Assembly (NCBI GenBank): GCA_965247095.1
Contig: OZ251997.1
Coordinates: 1,952,001-2,016,000 of the forward strand
Source of the DNA: Candidatus Multivorans sp.
GTDB lineage: Bacteria > Acidobacteriota > Thermoanaerobaculia > Multivoradales > Multivoraceae
Direction: 5' to 3'
Length of the DNA: 64,000 nt
In this document: piece by piece, positions 45,291 through 55,497 of the stretch
Numbering within the stretch: position 1 is the stretch's first letter
Layout: every line of letters begins with the position of its first letter
The notes under the pieces: model-generated
Database searches by the model: none
What the model was told of the DNA's origin: nothing
What the model saw: only the letters and a program-made list of their open reading frames with translations
Translations under genes and position numbers: made by a program

Positions 45291-46549
45291 GACCCGAGTC
45301 CGATCCGGTCGATGCCGACCAGCCGGTCGTAGACAACGTACAGAGTAGTAACACCGGCCAACAGCAGCGCCGCCAACGCCGCCGCCAGACCCCAGTTCAG
45401 GGAGGTCTGTACGTGGTAAGCGATCATGTTCGAGATCAACTGCCCGCTCTGACCGCCGACCAGGGCCGGGGTGATGTAGTAGCCGATCGCCAGGATGAAG
45501 GTCAGCAGGCAGCCGGCGCCGACTCCGGGCAGCGTCTGCGGCCAGTAGACCCGCCGCAGCGCCTGAATCGGATTCGCGCCCAAGGACGCCGCCGCGTTCA
45601 TGTAGGCGGGCGGGATGGACCGCATCACCGAGTAGAGCGGCAGCACAAGGAAGGGCAACAGCACGTGCGTCATCGCGATGAACGTGCCGGTCATGTTGTA
45701 GATCATCGCGATCCGGCCGTCGTCACCGACCAGACCGACGGCAACCAGCAGATCGTTGACCACTCCCTGGGTCTGGAGCAGAACGATCCACGATGTCGTG
45801 CGTACGAGCAGCGACGTCCAGAATGGCAGGAGGACCAGCACGAGCAGAACGTTCCCGCGGCGCGGCGGCGAGTTGGCGATCAGGTGCGCGACGGGATAGC
45901 CGATCACCAGGCACAGCAGCGTGACGCCGAGACTCACCTTCAGGGTGCGCCAGAACAGGGGCACGTAGATCCGCCACTCCTCGGCCTGACGGACGTAGCC
46001 CCCGTCGGGACTCCGCTCGAAGTCGAGCGCCTTCATGTAGTGACGTGCCGTCAGGCGCTGGCCGGCGTCCCGAAGCGCGCGCCACGGCTCGGGGCCACCC
46101 CAACGCGGGTCGATGCCGATCATCGTTTCGCGCCAGAAAGAACCGTCCGTCACGACGCCGGCAGCCTCCGCTGCGGCGGCCGCCTCAACCATCTCCCCGG
46201 AGGTGCCCATGATCGTGCTTCGCATTCCGCTGAAGACGCGATTCACCCGGTGCGCCGTACGGCCAAGGGTGCGCTCGGCTCGCGCCACGACGAACTCGCG
46301 GCCGGCGGCCGCAAACGTCTCGTCGGATGGCGCGCCCTCGCCGTCCCACTGCCGCAAGGCGGCGATTGTCTCCGGCAGGGCGTCGGCGACATCGGGGTCG
46401 TAGAAGCTCTTGGTCAGCAAGCTGACCATGGGACCGATGAAGGTGACGGTCACGAACGCGATGAGGGGCAGGGCCAGACCGGCGGCACGCAACCGCGGCA
46501 CCAGAGCCCGCCGCCACAGTGGCGGGTTCGTTGGTCCCTGCAATGTCAC
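45287..46549 (-). CDS. Polyamine-type ABC transporter permease (PotB-like)
   Basis: LLPFWTSLLVR, AAASLGA, GYYITPALVGG. Confidence 0.92.
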   Translation of the reverse strand: MTLQGPTNPPLWRRALVPRLRAAGLALPLIAFVTVTFIGPMVSLLTKSFYDPDVADALPETIAALRQWDGEGAPSDETFAAAGREFVVARAERTLGRTAHRVNRVFSGMRSTIMGTSGEMVEAAAAAEAAGVVTDGSFWRETMIGIDPRWGGPEPWRALRDAGQRLTARHYMKALDFERSPDGGYVRQAEEWRIYVPLFWRTLKVSLGVTLLCLVIGYPVAHLIANSPPRRGNVLLVLVLLPFWTSLLVRTTSWIVLLQTQGVVNDLLVAVGLVGDDGRIAMIYNMTGTFIAMTHVLLPFLVLPLYSVMRSIPPAYMNAAASLGANPIQALRRVYWPQTLPGVGAGCLLTFILAIGYYITPALVGGQSGQLISNMIAYHVQTSLNWGLAAALAALLLAGVTTLYVVYDRLVGIDRIGLGS

Positions 46550-46565
46550 CGCTCCGCCTCGCCGC

Positions 46566-47717
46566 TCATCGCGCCAGCCAGGCGGCAAAGCGCTCCTGCA
46601 TCTCGTCGCTGTGGTCCGCCCACCACTCCCAGTCGGCCATCAGGAAGTTCTTCATGTTCTCGGGGTTGGTCGGCATGTGCGGCCACATTTCCGTACCGGT
46701 CTCGGCGTGCCGATCGATCAGTGCCTGCCCCGAGCGGCGCGCCGGGCTGTAGGCGATATAGCGGCCCACGCCCGCCATCGCCTCGGCCCGGGCGGCATAG
46801 CTGATGAAGCGCAGCGAATCCTCCAGCCGCCGCGTACCGGCCACGACAGCGAGCTGACCCCGGTCCATGACCTGGCCGTCCCAGACGATCACGAAGGGCT
46901 GGTCCTCCAGGATCTGGGCGTTGAAGATGCGCCCGTTGTAGGCCGTGCTCATCACCACCTCGCCGTCGGCGAGAAGCTGCGGCGGCTGCGCGCCGGTTTC
47001 CCACCAAACGACCTGGTCCTTGATCGTGTCCAGCTTGCGGAACGCCCGGTCCAGGCCCTCCGGGGTGGACAGCACTTCGTAGACCCGCTCATTCGGCACC
47101 CCGTCGGCCAACAGCGCGAACTCCAGGTTTGCGGAGGGCACCCGCCTCATGCCCCGCCGACCCGGAAACCGCTCGAGGTCGAAGAAGTCCGCGATCGTCG
47201 TCGGCGCAGGACCGCGCAGGCTCTCCAGGTTGTAAGCGTAGATCGTCGAGTAGAGCAGGGTGCCGACGCCGCAGTCGGTGTTCGCCTCGGGCAGGAAATC
47301 CTCTGCGGCGGCCTCTCCGTTCGGACCCGGCGGCAGGATCGCGGGATCGATCAGCTCCAGGATGCCCTCGTCACACCCGGTCACGGAGTCGGCGACATCC
47401 AGATCGACGACGTCCCAATGGACGGAGCCGGCCTCGACCTGGGCCCGGATCTGAGCGAGGCCGCCGTTGTAGTCCTCCATGTTCACCTCGAGGCCGGTCT
47501 CGGCGGTGAAGGACTCGTGGTAGCCCTTGACGCAGGCGCGGGCATAGGAGCCACCCCACGAAACGACGGTGATCGACCCGGAGCCGGAAGTCCGGCCATC
47601 GGTAGCGGACTGAGCGCTCCCATCCGTGGCCGGCGGTGCGCAGCCGGCCAGCAGGACGATGTACGCGGCGCAGATTACGACAGGTAGAGAACGGCCCAAC
47701 GCCGACTTTCTCACCAC
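46566..47717 (-). CDS. Polyamine-type ABC substrate-binding lipoprotein (PotD/PotF-like)
   Basis: Lipobox LLAGC, VVSWGGSY, WDVVD, AYNGRI. Confidence 0.9.
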   Translation of the reverse strand: MVRKSALGRSLPVVICAAYIVLLAGCAPPATDGSAQSATDGRTSGSGSITVVSWGGSYARACVKGYHESFTAETGLEVNMEDYNGGLAQIRAQVEAGSVHWDVVDLDVADSVTGCDEGILELIDPAILPPGPNGEAAAEDFLPEANTDCGVGTLLYSTIYAYNLESLRGPAPTTIADFFDLERFPGRRGMRRVPSANLEFALLADGVPNERVYEVLSTPEGLDRAFRKLDTIKDQVVWWETGAQPPQLLADGEVVMSTAYNGRIFNAQILEDQPFVIVWDGQVMDRGQLAVVAGTRRLEDSLRFISYAARAEAMAGVGRYIAYSPARRSGQALIDRHAETGTEMWPHMPTNPENMKNFLMADWEWWADHSDEMQERFAAWLAR

Positions 47718-48853
47718 TCCTCCTCGCCCTCGGCGAGCTCCTCCGGCACCAGCGCCCGGCAGTCGAGCGCCGCCCAGCCGATCGTCACCGTATCCCCCGG
47801 CAGCACCGCCCCGTGACCGACGATGTTCGGGATCTTCGCAATGAAGTCCGTGCAGCCACTCACATCCATGCGCACGCGCAGGTGGTCGCCGAGGAAGATC
47901 ATGTCGTCGATGCGGGTCTCGACCTCGTTCCGGTAGCGGCCGGGCCGCGGCGAGACCGCCACCCGCTCGGGGCGGACGACGACCGTCGCGGGCGCACCCG
48001 GAGGACACAGGCCGAGACTCATCGCCCTGATCTTCAGACCTCCGACATCGACGTCGCAGACGCCGTCGCCCTCGCTCACAACGACTCCGTTCAGGCGGTT
48101 GTTCTCGCCGATGAACCGGGCGACGAAGGCCCGCTCGGGTTCCTCGTAGAGGACCTCCGGCGGCGCCGCCTGCTCGATCATTCCGTTGTGGAACACTGCC
48201 ACCCGGTCGGACAGCGTCATCGCCTCCTGCTGGTCGTGGGTGACGTAGACGACGGTCACCCCCAGGGCCGAGTGAATGCGCCGGATCTCGTACTGCATCT
48301 CCTCGCGCAACCGCCGGTCCAACGCTCCCAGAGGTTCGTCCATCAGCACCAACTCCGGTTCGAAGACGAGCGCCCGGGCGATCGCCACGCGCTGCTGCTG
48401 GCCGCCCGAGAGTTGCGCGGGTCTCCTATCCTCCAGGCCCTCGAGTTGCACCAGGCTGAGCGCCCGCTCGACGCGCTCCCGGCGCAGCGCCGGCTCGACG
48501 CCCCGAACCTCGAGCGGAAAGGCGAGGTTGCCGCCCACCGTCATATGAGGGAACAGCGCGTAGTTCTGGAACACCATCCCGATCCCGCGCTTGTGCGGTG
48601 GCTGATCCTGAATCGGCCGGCCGGCAATGAGGATCGTGCCCGCGGTCGTCGCTTCGAATCCCGCGAGCATCATCAGGCAGGTCGTCTTGCCCGAGCCGGA
48701 CGGCCCGAGCAGGGTCAGGAACTCGCCCCTCTCGACCGCAAGCTCCAAGCCCCGCACGACCAGGTTGCGGCCGTCGTAGCTCTTGTCTACGCCAACGAAC
48801 TCAACGTGGGGTACGGCGTTCTCGCCGCGCTCGTCAGGGTCCGGGACGTCCAC
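47711..48853 (-). CDS. Polyamine-type ABC ATP-binding protein (PotA-like)
   Basis: GPSGSGKT, FQNYALFPH, LSGGQQQR, MDEP, TOBE-like tail; start uncertain. Confidence 0.94.
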   Translation of the reverse strand: MDVPDPDERGENAVPHVEFVGVDKSYDGRNLVVRGLELAVERGEFLTLLGPSGSGKTTCLMMLAGFEATTAGTILIAGRPIQDQPPHKRGIGMVFQNYALFPHMTVGGNLAFPLEVRGVEPALRRERVERALSLVQLEGLEDRRPAQLSGGQQQRVAIARALVFEPELVLMDEPLGALDRRLREEMQYEIRRIHSALGVTVVYVTHDQQEAMTLSDRVAVFHNGMIEQAAPPEVLYEEPERAFVARFIGENNRLNGVVVSEGDGVCDVDVGGLKIRAMSLGLCPPGAPATVVVRPERVAVSPRPGRYRNEVETRIDDMIFLGDHLRVRMDVSGCTDFIAKIPNIVGHGAVLPGDTVTIGWAALDCRALVPEELAEGEEEW

Positions 48854-48904
48854 GGGGTCGTCACTATACTTGCCGCATGCCATTCCAGTCCGTCACATGA
48901 GCAG

Positions 48905-50608
48905 ATGACCACGCAGGCCACCGCGGGCGAGCCCTCCGGAACCGAGAAACCCACGGACGAGGCCATCGACTTCCGCACGGCGCCGGCGCGGTACCGGCAC
49001 TGGCGACTCGAGATCGCACCGCCGCTCGCCTTCCTGACGCTCGAAGTGGACGAGCAGGCAGGGCTCCGGCCCGGGTACCAGCTCAAGCAGAACTCCTACG
49101 ACCTCGGCGTCGACTTCGAGCTCTACGACGCGACCCAGCGGCTGCGTTTCGAGCATCCCGAGGTCCACGCCGTGGTGCTGCGGTCCGGCAGGGACCGGAT
49201 CTTCTGCGCCGGCGCGAACATCGGCATGCTCGGCGGCTCCTCCCACCAGTTGAAGGTCAACTTCTGCAAGTTCACGAACGAGACCCGCCTGGGGATCGAG
49301 GACGCAAGCCGGCACTCGGGCCAGCGCTACCTGTGCGCAGTCAAAGGCACGGCGGCCGGCGGCGGCTACGAGTTGGCGCTCGCCTGCGACCGCATCCTGC
49401 TCGCCGACGACGGCAGCTCCGCGGTCTCGCTGCCCGAGGTGCCGCTGCTCGGCGTCCTGCCCGGCACCGGCGGACTGACTCGTCTGCTCGACAAACGCCG
49501 TGTCCGACGCGACCTGGCCGACCTCTTCTGCACGCTCGAAGAGGGCGTGAAGGGCCGGCGCGCGGTGGACTGGAACCTGGTCGACGAGCTGCTTCCGCGG
49601 TCCTCCTTCGACGACGACGCTGCGGCACGCGCGCAGGATATGGCCGCAGAGAGCGACCGCCCCACAGAGGCCGGCGGGGCGGCTTGGCCCGCGATCGAAC
49701 CGGCGTTGGGAACCGACACGCTCACCTACTCCACACTGAGAGTCGAGTTCGACCGCGCGCTCGGCGTGGCCCACCTGACCGTCCTCGGGCCGACCGCGCC
49801 GCCGCCCGCGGGCGGCTCCGCCGCACTCGCCGAGGGCGCCGTCTTCTGGCCCCTCACCCTGGCCCGCGAACTCGACGACGCCCTGCTCCACCTGCGGCTG
49901 AACGAGACCCGGATCGGGCAGGTCGTGATCCGCTCCCAGGGCAAGCTGGCCGCGGTCGCCGCTTTCGACACGCTCCTACAGCTCGACCGCGAGCACTGGT
50001 TCCTGCGCGAAGTCCTGCTGTACTGGAAGCGGGTCCTCAAGCGGCTCGATCTCACTGCGCGCAGCGTCTTCACGCTGATTGAGCCCGGAAGCTGCTTCGC
50101 AGGCTTCCTGCTGGAACTGGCGCTGGCCGCGGACCGCTCCTACATGTTCGAAGACGAGGCCGAGGACGCCACACCGGCGCCGTGCATCCAGCTCGGCGAG
50201 TTGAGCTTCGACGCGCTCCCGATGCCGAACGGCCTGAGCCGGCTCGAGACCCGCTTCCTTGGCCGACCGGACGCCGTAGATCACCTTCGCGAGCTGGTCG
50301 GCAAGCCGCTGGACGCCGAGGCCGCCGAACGCGCCGGCCTGGTCACCGAGGTGCTCGACGACCTGGACTGGGACGACGAGGTCCGCATCGCGCTCGAGGA
50401 GCGGGCCAGCTTCTCTCCCGACGCGCTGACCGCGATGGAAGCCAACCTCCGATTCCCTGGTCCCGAGACCATGGAGAGCAAGATCTTCGGCCGCCTGAGC
50501 GCGTGGCAGAACTGGATCTTCCAGCGTCCGAACGCGGTCGGCGAGGAGGGAGCGCTCCGCCTCTACGGCACCGGCCGCCGGCCCCGCTTCGACCGCGAGC
50601 GCGTCTGA
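48905..50608 (+). CDS. boxC: 2,3-epoxybenzoyl-CoA dihydrolase
   Basis: YRHWRL, NSYDLGVD, LRFEHPEV, KVNFCKFTNETR, LSAWQNWIFQRPNAVGE. Confidence 0.95.
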   Translation: MTTQATAGEPSGTEKPTDEAIDFRTAPARYRHWRLEIAPPLAFLTLEVDEQAGLRPGYQLKQNSYDLGVDFELYDATQRLRFEHPEVHAVVLRSGRDRIFCAGANIGMLGGSSHQLKVNFCKFTNETRLGIEDASRHSGQRYLCAVKGTAAGGGYELALACDRILLADDGSSAVSLPEVPLLGVLPGTGGLTRLLDKRRVRRDLADLFCTLEEGVKGRRAVDWNLVDELLPRSSFDDDAAARAQDMAAESDRPTEAGGAAWPAIEPALGTDTLTYSTLRVEFDRALGVAHLTVLGPTAPPPAGGSAALAEGAVFWPLTLARELDDALLHLRLNETRIGQVVIRSQGKLAAVAAFDTLLQLDREHWFLREVLLYWKRVLKRLDLTARSVFTLIEPGSCFAGFLLELALAADRSYMFEDEAEDATPAPCIQLGELSFDALPMPNGLSRLETRFLGRPDAVDHLRELVGKPLDAEAAERAGLVTEVLDDLDWDDEVRIALEERASFSPDALTAMEANLRFPGPETMESKIFGRLSAWQNWIFQRPNAVGEEGALRLYGTGRRPRFDRERV

Positions 50609-50646
50609 TTCGACCGCCGACCCTCACGAACGGAGTACCCAAACCG

Positions 50647-52110
50647 ATGACGACCCTCGACAGCACTGTCGACTACGACGTTCTGATTCCGAACAACGTC
50701 GCCCTCGCGTCGGACGCCCGCGTCCGCCGCGGCCTCGAGCGCTGGCATCCCGGCTACATCGACTGGTGGATGGACATGGGGCCCGACGGCTTCCAGACCT
50801 CCAACGTCTACCTGCGGACCGCGGTTCGGGTCGAGTCGAAGGGCAGCGACAAGTGGGCGGTGTTCGACTACGTGAAGATGCCCGAGTACCGCTGGGGCAT
50901 CCTGCTGGCGCCCCAGGCCGAAGAGCGGAAGATCCCCTTTGGCCGGCACTGCGGCGAACCGGCCTGGCAGGAGATCCCGGGCGAATACCGGGCCATGCTG
51001 CGGCGCCTGATCGTGATTCAGGGCGACACCGAGCCGGCATCCGTCGAGCAGCAGCGCTACCTGGGCAAGACGGCGCCCTCGCTCTACGACATGCGGAACC
51101 TGTTCCAGGTCAACGTCGAAGAGGGCCGGCACCTCTGGGCGATGGTCTACCTGCTGCAGAAGTACTTCGGCCGCGACGGCCGGGAGGAGGCTGGCGAACT
51201 GCTGCGCCGGCGCTCCGGCTCGGACGATGCCCCGCGCATGCTCGGCGCCTTCAACGAGGAGACGCCGGACTGGCTCTCCTTCTTCCTGTTCACCTTCTTC
51301 ACCGACCGCGACGGCAGGATGCAGCTTGAGTCACTCGCCCAGTCCGGCTTCGACCCGCTTTCCCGCACCTGCCGTTTCATGCTCACCGAGGAGGCGTTCC
51401 ACATGTTCGTCGGTGAGACCGGCGTCACCCGCATCTTGCAGCGCACCTGCGAGGCGATGACGGAGGCCGGCATCGACGACCCGACCGATATCGAGGCGGT
51501 GCGGGCCCTGGGCGTGATCGACCTGCCCACGATCCAGAAGAAGGTGAACCTGCACTACTCGCTCACCCTCGACCTCTTCGGCTCCGAGCTTTCGACCAAC
51601 TCCGCCAACTTCTTCAACGCCGGCCTCAAGGGCCGCTTCCGCGAGCACCGGCTGGAGGACGATCACCGGCTGCACGAAGACACCTACGGCATCCCTGAAC
51701 CGGGGAATGGCGACTGGACCGTCGCCCAGCATCCGGCGCTCAACGCGCTCAACGCGCGCCTGCGAGACGACTTCACCGACGACTGCAACCTCGGCGTCGG
51801 GCGATGGAACAAGGCGATCAGCCAGTCCGGAGTCGACTACGAGATCAAGCTGCCCCACGTCGCCTTCCACCGCCAGATCGGGGTCTACCGCGACCTGCAC
51901 ACGACGCCCGAGGGCGAGCTCGTGACCGAGGACGAGTGGGAAGGGCGCCGCGGCGACTGGCTTCCCGACAACAGCGACCGCGCCTTCATCGAATCGCTGA
52001 TGAAGGCCGAGTTCCGGCCCGGCCGCTACGCCTCCTGGATCGCGGAACCGAGGATCCGGATCAACCACAAGCCCGGCGACTTCGAGTGGGTCAAGCTGGC
52101 TGAGGCGTAG
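50647..52110 (+). CDS. boxB: Benzoyl-CoA 2,3-epoxidase subunit B (di-iron)
   Basis: IPNNVAL, QGDTEPASVEQQ, NVEEGRHLWAM, TDRDG, LTEEAFH. Confidence 0.95.
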   Translation: MTTLDSTVDYDVLIPNNVALASDARVRRGLERWHPGYIDWWMDMGPDGFQTSNVYLRTAVRVESKGSDKWAVFDYVKMPEYRWGILLAPQAEERKIPFGRHCGEPAWQEIPGEYRAMLRRLIVIQGDTEPASVEQQRYLGKTAPSLYDMRNLFQVNVEEGRHLWAMVYLLQKYFGRDGREEAGELLRRRSGSDDAPRMLGAFNEETPDWLSFFLFTFFTDRDGRMQLESLAQSGFDPLSRTCRFMLTEEAFHMFVGETGVTRILQRTCEAMTEAGIDDPTDIEAVRALGVIDLPTIQKKVNLHYSLTLDLFGSELSTNSANFFNAGLKGRFREHRLEDDHRLHEDTYGIPEPGNGDWTVAQHPALNALNARLRDDFTDDCNLGVGRWNKAISQSGVDYEIKLPHVAFHRQIGVYRDLHTTPEGELVTEDEWEGRRGDWLPDNSDRAFIESLMKAEFRPGRYASWIAEPRIRINHKPGDFEWVKLAEA

Positions 52111-52165
52111 CAGGTCGCGCCGCCGGCGCTGACCACGGCGTCCCGATCTACCGCCTGCAGGCGTC

Positions 52166-52231
52166 CGCGAACCCGGCTGGCGCTCCGGGCGCCAGCCGCG
52201 AACCATGCGTGCGCCCGTCAGCGGGCGCACG
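52166..52231 (-). repeat. Two-hairpin repeat, copy 2
   Basis: Minus strand CGTGCGCCCGCTGACGGGCGCACG-ca-TGGTTC-GCGGCTGGCGC...GCGCCAGCCG-GGTTCGCG, homologous to 2513-2579; contains the stop codon of the upstream minus-strand gene. Confidence 0.75.
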
Positions 52232-53466
52232 CACGAAACGCGGTGCTGTCGGTGATCGCCGGCGCCGGCACACCGGGCTCGTGCCCGTACACGCTGGCCC
52301 GACCCGTCACCGTGTCCGTCACCGCAATCCGGTAGCCGAGGTCCGTCGTCGCCGCGCCGAAGACCCAGAAGTGTCCGTTCGTCGAACAGCCATCCAGCAC
52401 CTTGACCAGGATCTCCCAGTTGCTGAGATCGAAGAACCAGAACAGAGCGGAGTCGTTCGTTCCCGCATGAGCCACCCGGGCGGACCCGCTCCGACCGTCC
52501 CTCCCCCACCACGCAGCCCGCACTTCGTACCGGGAATCCTGCAGGCAGCGCGTTTCCGCATCCGGCTTGCAGGTGCCGGCCGGGTCGCTCGCCTCGACCA
52601 GCACGTCATGGAACGCGGTTGACGACGTCTCGCCGTCCGACACGGTCAACGAGACGCGGTAGAAGCCGGGGACAGCCCAGTCGTGCCGGGGCCGCTCGGC
52701 CGACGATGTCGCGCCGTCGCCGAAGTCCCAGTGTCGAGTCGTCACTGTGCCCGTGCTGGTGTCGGTGAAGGCGACTTCAACTCCCGTCCGTTCGCGGTAG
52801 AGGCCATCCTCACACTTCGCCCCCGTCGTGAAGCCGGCCGTCGGCGGTCCGCTGGACGGCGGCTCCTGGCCGGAAGGCTGGATCCTCAGACAGGTGTCAC
52901 TGCCGCGCACCTTCCGGTTGGGGTCGTCATGGACGGCCATGTGGTTCAGGACGGCATCCGTCACTCCGTCGACCAACCGTATTGCGCCGCCATTCAGGCG
53001 AAGCGCATTGGCGGAAATGCTCACGCCGTCCTCATCCCGGTCACCCGGTTGCACCGTGTAGCCAAAAGAAAGCGCTGGAGACGGTTGCGGACCGGGGAAG
53101 TACGTCGCAAGCCTTGTCGCGCCACCGATGGTCAGCGCCACCTGCGGTCCACCTTCCACGGTCACGGCCTTGTCGAAGTGAAAGACCAGTTGGATGTCCT
53201 CGCCGAGTTCGTAGGTGGAACCCTGCAAGGGGTAGCCGCTGAAGGAGAGGCTGCTCACCTTCGGCGGTGTGTACCGGCCGCCATCGACCTTGCGGCTGGG
53301 GTCGGGGGCTATCCCGGCGTGTGTCAGCAGCGCGTCGACCGACCGGTCGACAGCCGCCACGATAACTCCGTCGTCGCCGAGGCGAAACGCATTGGCCGGA
53401 ACGCTGATTCCGTCGGCGTCCCGATCACCAGTCACTACCATGTACTCGAAGTACTGGGTATAGAAC

Positions 53467-54742
53467 CAGTGCTGTCCCACAAACGGAGGGTCAGGATGGG
53501 TCTGAATCGTGCCCTGTCGTATGATTGGTTTTCACACAAAGCCAATGACGGCAAGGAGATCCAGACCCATGGCGCACAATGGTACCGTACTCGGTCAGTT
53601 CCTCAAGCTGGTGTCGAGACATGAGTTCGAGCGGGAGGCGGGAAGGCACCACAGGGGACGCAAGCTGCGCTCGATGAGCCGCTGGAGCCAGTTCGTAGCG
53701 ATGGCGACGGCCCAGCTTTCCGGGCGGTGCAGCCTGCGCGACATCGTGTCGAACCTGGACGCGCAGGCTCACAAGCTCTACCACCTTGGCGTGGGCCGGG
53801 TGGCCCGGTCGTCGCTGGCGCGCGTCAACGAGAAGCAGCCCTCCGGTCTCTACGAGGCGTTGTTCGGTCGTTTGCTGGCGCGATGCCGTACGACGGCGCC
53901 GGGGCACGGGTTCCGGTTCCACAACAAGCTGTTCTCGCTGGATGCGACGTACGTGGACCTGTGCCTGGAGCTGTTTCCGTGGGCGCAGTACCGCACGACG
54001 AAGGGGGCGCTGAAGCTCCACGTGGGGCTGGACCACGAAGGCTTTCTGCCGGCGTTCCTGCAAGTCACGGACGGCAAGGGGTCGGACGTTGAGGTGGCGC
54101 GGTCCCTTCGTCTGCCGAAGGGAAGCATCGTCGCTGCGGACCGGCTGTACCTCGACTTCGAGTGGCTGAAATCCCTTGATGCACAAGGGGTTTTCCTGGT
54201 CACTCGGCTGAAGCGCAAGATCAAGTACGCGGTTCGAGAGCGGCGGTCGTTCGCGCCTGGGACGGGCGTGACCTCGGACCAGATCATTGAGTTGACCAGC
54301 GTCAGAGGCCGCGCCCGGTGTCCGATTCCGCTGCGTCGAGTCGGCTATCGCGACCCCGACACGAAGAAGTTCTACGCGTTCCTCACCAACAACTTCAGGC
54401 TCGCTCCGAAGACCATCGCGGCCATCTACAAGCAGCGTTGGCAGATCGAGACCTTCTTCAAGTGGATCAAGCAGAACCTGCGCATCAAGAGCTTCGTCGG
54501 CACTTCGCGCAATGCCGTCATGACCCAGATCTGGATCGCCATGTGCGTGCATCTCCTGCTCGCCTACCTGAAGTTCGTCAACAAGATGTCCTGGACCATG
54601 AGCGAAATCCTGCGCCTCCTGCAACTCAACCTGTTCGCGCGAAGACCGCTCCTGGACCTGTTCGAACCCCGGAACGGACCCCCTGATCCCAGAAACGCAC
54701 AGACTCAACTCGCACTGCGCTGAAGTTTGTGGGACAGCACTG
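53467..54742 (+). mobile_element. IS4-family insertion sequence
   Basis: Perfect 18-bp TIR CAGTGCTGTCCCACAAAC; 9-bp target duplication GTATAGAAC (53458-53466, 54743-54751). Confidence 0.96.
53569..54723 (+). CDS. IS4-family DDE transposase
   Basis: SLRDI, LDAT, ADRLY, YREK motif YKQRWQIETFFK. Confidence 0.95.
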   Translation: MAHNGTVLGQFLKLVSRHEFEREAGRHHRGRKLRSMSRWSQFVAMATAQLSGRCSLRDIVSNLDAQAHKLYHLGVGRVARSSLARVNEKQPSGLYEALFGRLLARCRTTAPGHGFRFHNKLFSLDATYVDLCLELFPWAQYRTTKGALKLHVGLDHEGFLPAFLQVTDGKGSDVEVARSLRLPKGSIVAADRLYLDFEWLKSLDAQGVFLVTRLKRKIKYAVRERRSFAPGTGVTSDQIIELTSVRGRARCPIPLRRVGYRDPDTKKFYAFLTNNFRLAPKTIAAIYKQRWQIETFFKWIKQNLRIKSFVGTSRNAVMTQIWIAMCVHLLLAYLKFVNKMSWTMSEILRLLQLNLFARRPLLDLFEPRNGPPDPRNAQTQLALR

Positions 54743-55497
54743 GTATAGAACCCACAAGGGGGGCATCGCGGAATGTCGTATCGCGGGGAGTAGTCCGCGA
54801 ATCTGGTCTGACGGCCGATAGCCAGGGCCAAGCGTACGCCCGGGGACGCGACCACAGTCCTGTTGAACTCGACCGCAAGCCGAATCTGCTCGCCGAACTC
54901 GTAGGTGTCGCCATTCCCGGGCGAGCTTTCGAAGGAAATGCTGCGTACTTCCGGCGCCGTGAAGCGACCGCCGTCGACCCTGTGGGTTGCGCTGTCACCT
55001 AGGCCGACATTGGTCAGCACCGCATCGATGACGCCCTCAGGCGACGCCCTGATGGACCCACCGTTGAGTCGAATGCCGTCGGCCGGAATGCCGATCCCGT
55101 TCGTATCCTGGTCTGCGGCCTGCACCATGTAGCGGAAAGACAACTTATTCGTCCAGATAATGTTGTGAGAGTAGGTGGCCCACCTGGTCTGATCGCCGAC
55201 GATCAGCGCCAGTTGCGGACTGCCGGTAACCTTACACGCGCGCGGTGAAGTCGACCGCCACTTCGACCGTCTCGCCGCGTTCGTAAGTACCATTGACTTC
55301 CGGGTAGCTGCGGAATGAGATGCTGCTCACCATCGGCGGCTCGTCCCCGGCCGAAGTCGGAAGCCGGAGCGCATCCTGAGCGGCCGCCGATGCGCCGCCA
55401 GCCAAGCCGCCCAGCACCAAGGCGCAGGCAACCAGCCCTTCGACGAACTTGGCTGCTTGAGTCATCGACGACTCCAGGGTAGGCCTTCGGAGGCCCA

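Larger units (their letters stand above)
52218..55465 (-). pseudogene. Large secreted repeat protein (three ~125-aa beta-rich repeats, PKD domain, conserved C-terminal domain), disrupted by a frameshift and IS4
   Basis: Signal peptide; repeats TYE.GE...DRD.DG.SI.AN...KVDG; PKD WDFGDG; C-terminal FWFFDLSNWEILVKVLDGC; extra base near 55234; IS at 53467-54742. Confidence 0.8.

Noticed and set aside
47636-48904. Long N-terminal extension of BoxC (likewise PheT 60101-61216 and the crotonase 23429-24175)
   Set aside because: Open-frame run-ups overlapping neighbouring real genes, not true domain fusions
52166-52231. Diversity-generating retroelement target hairpin at the end of the secreted protein gene
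   Set aside because: No reverse transcriptase and no template/variable repeat pair with A-specific mismatches in the window; better explained as a dispersed repeat
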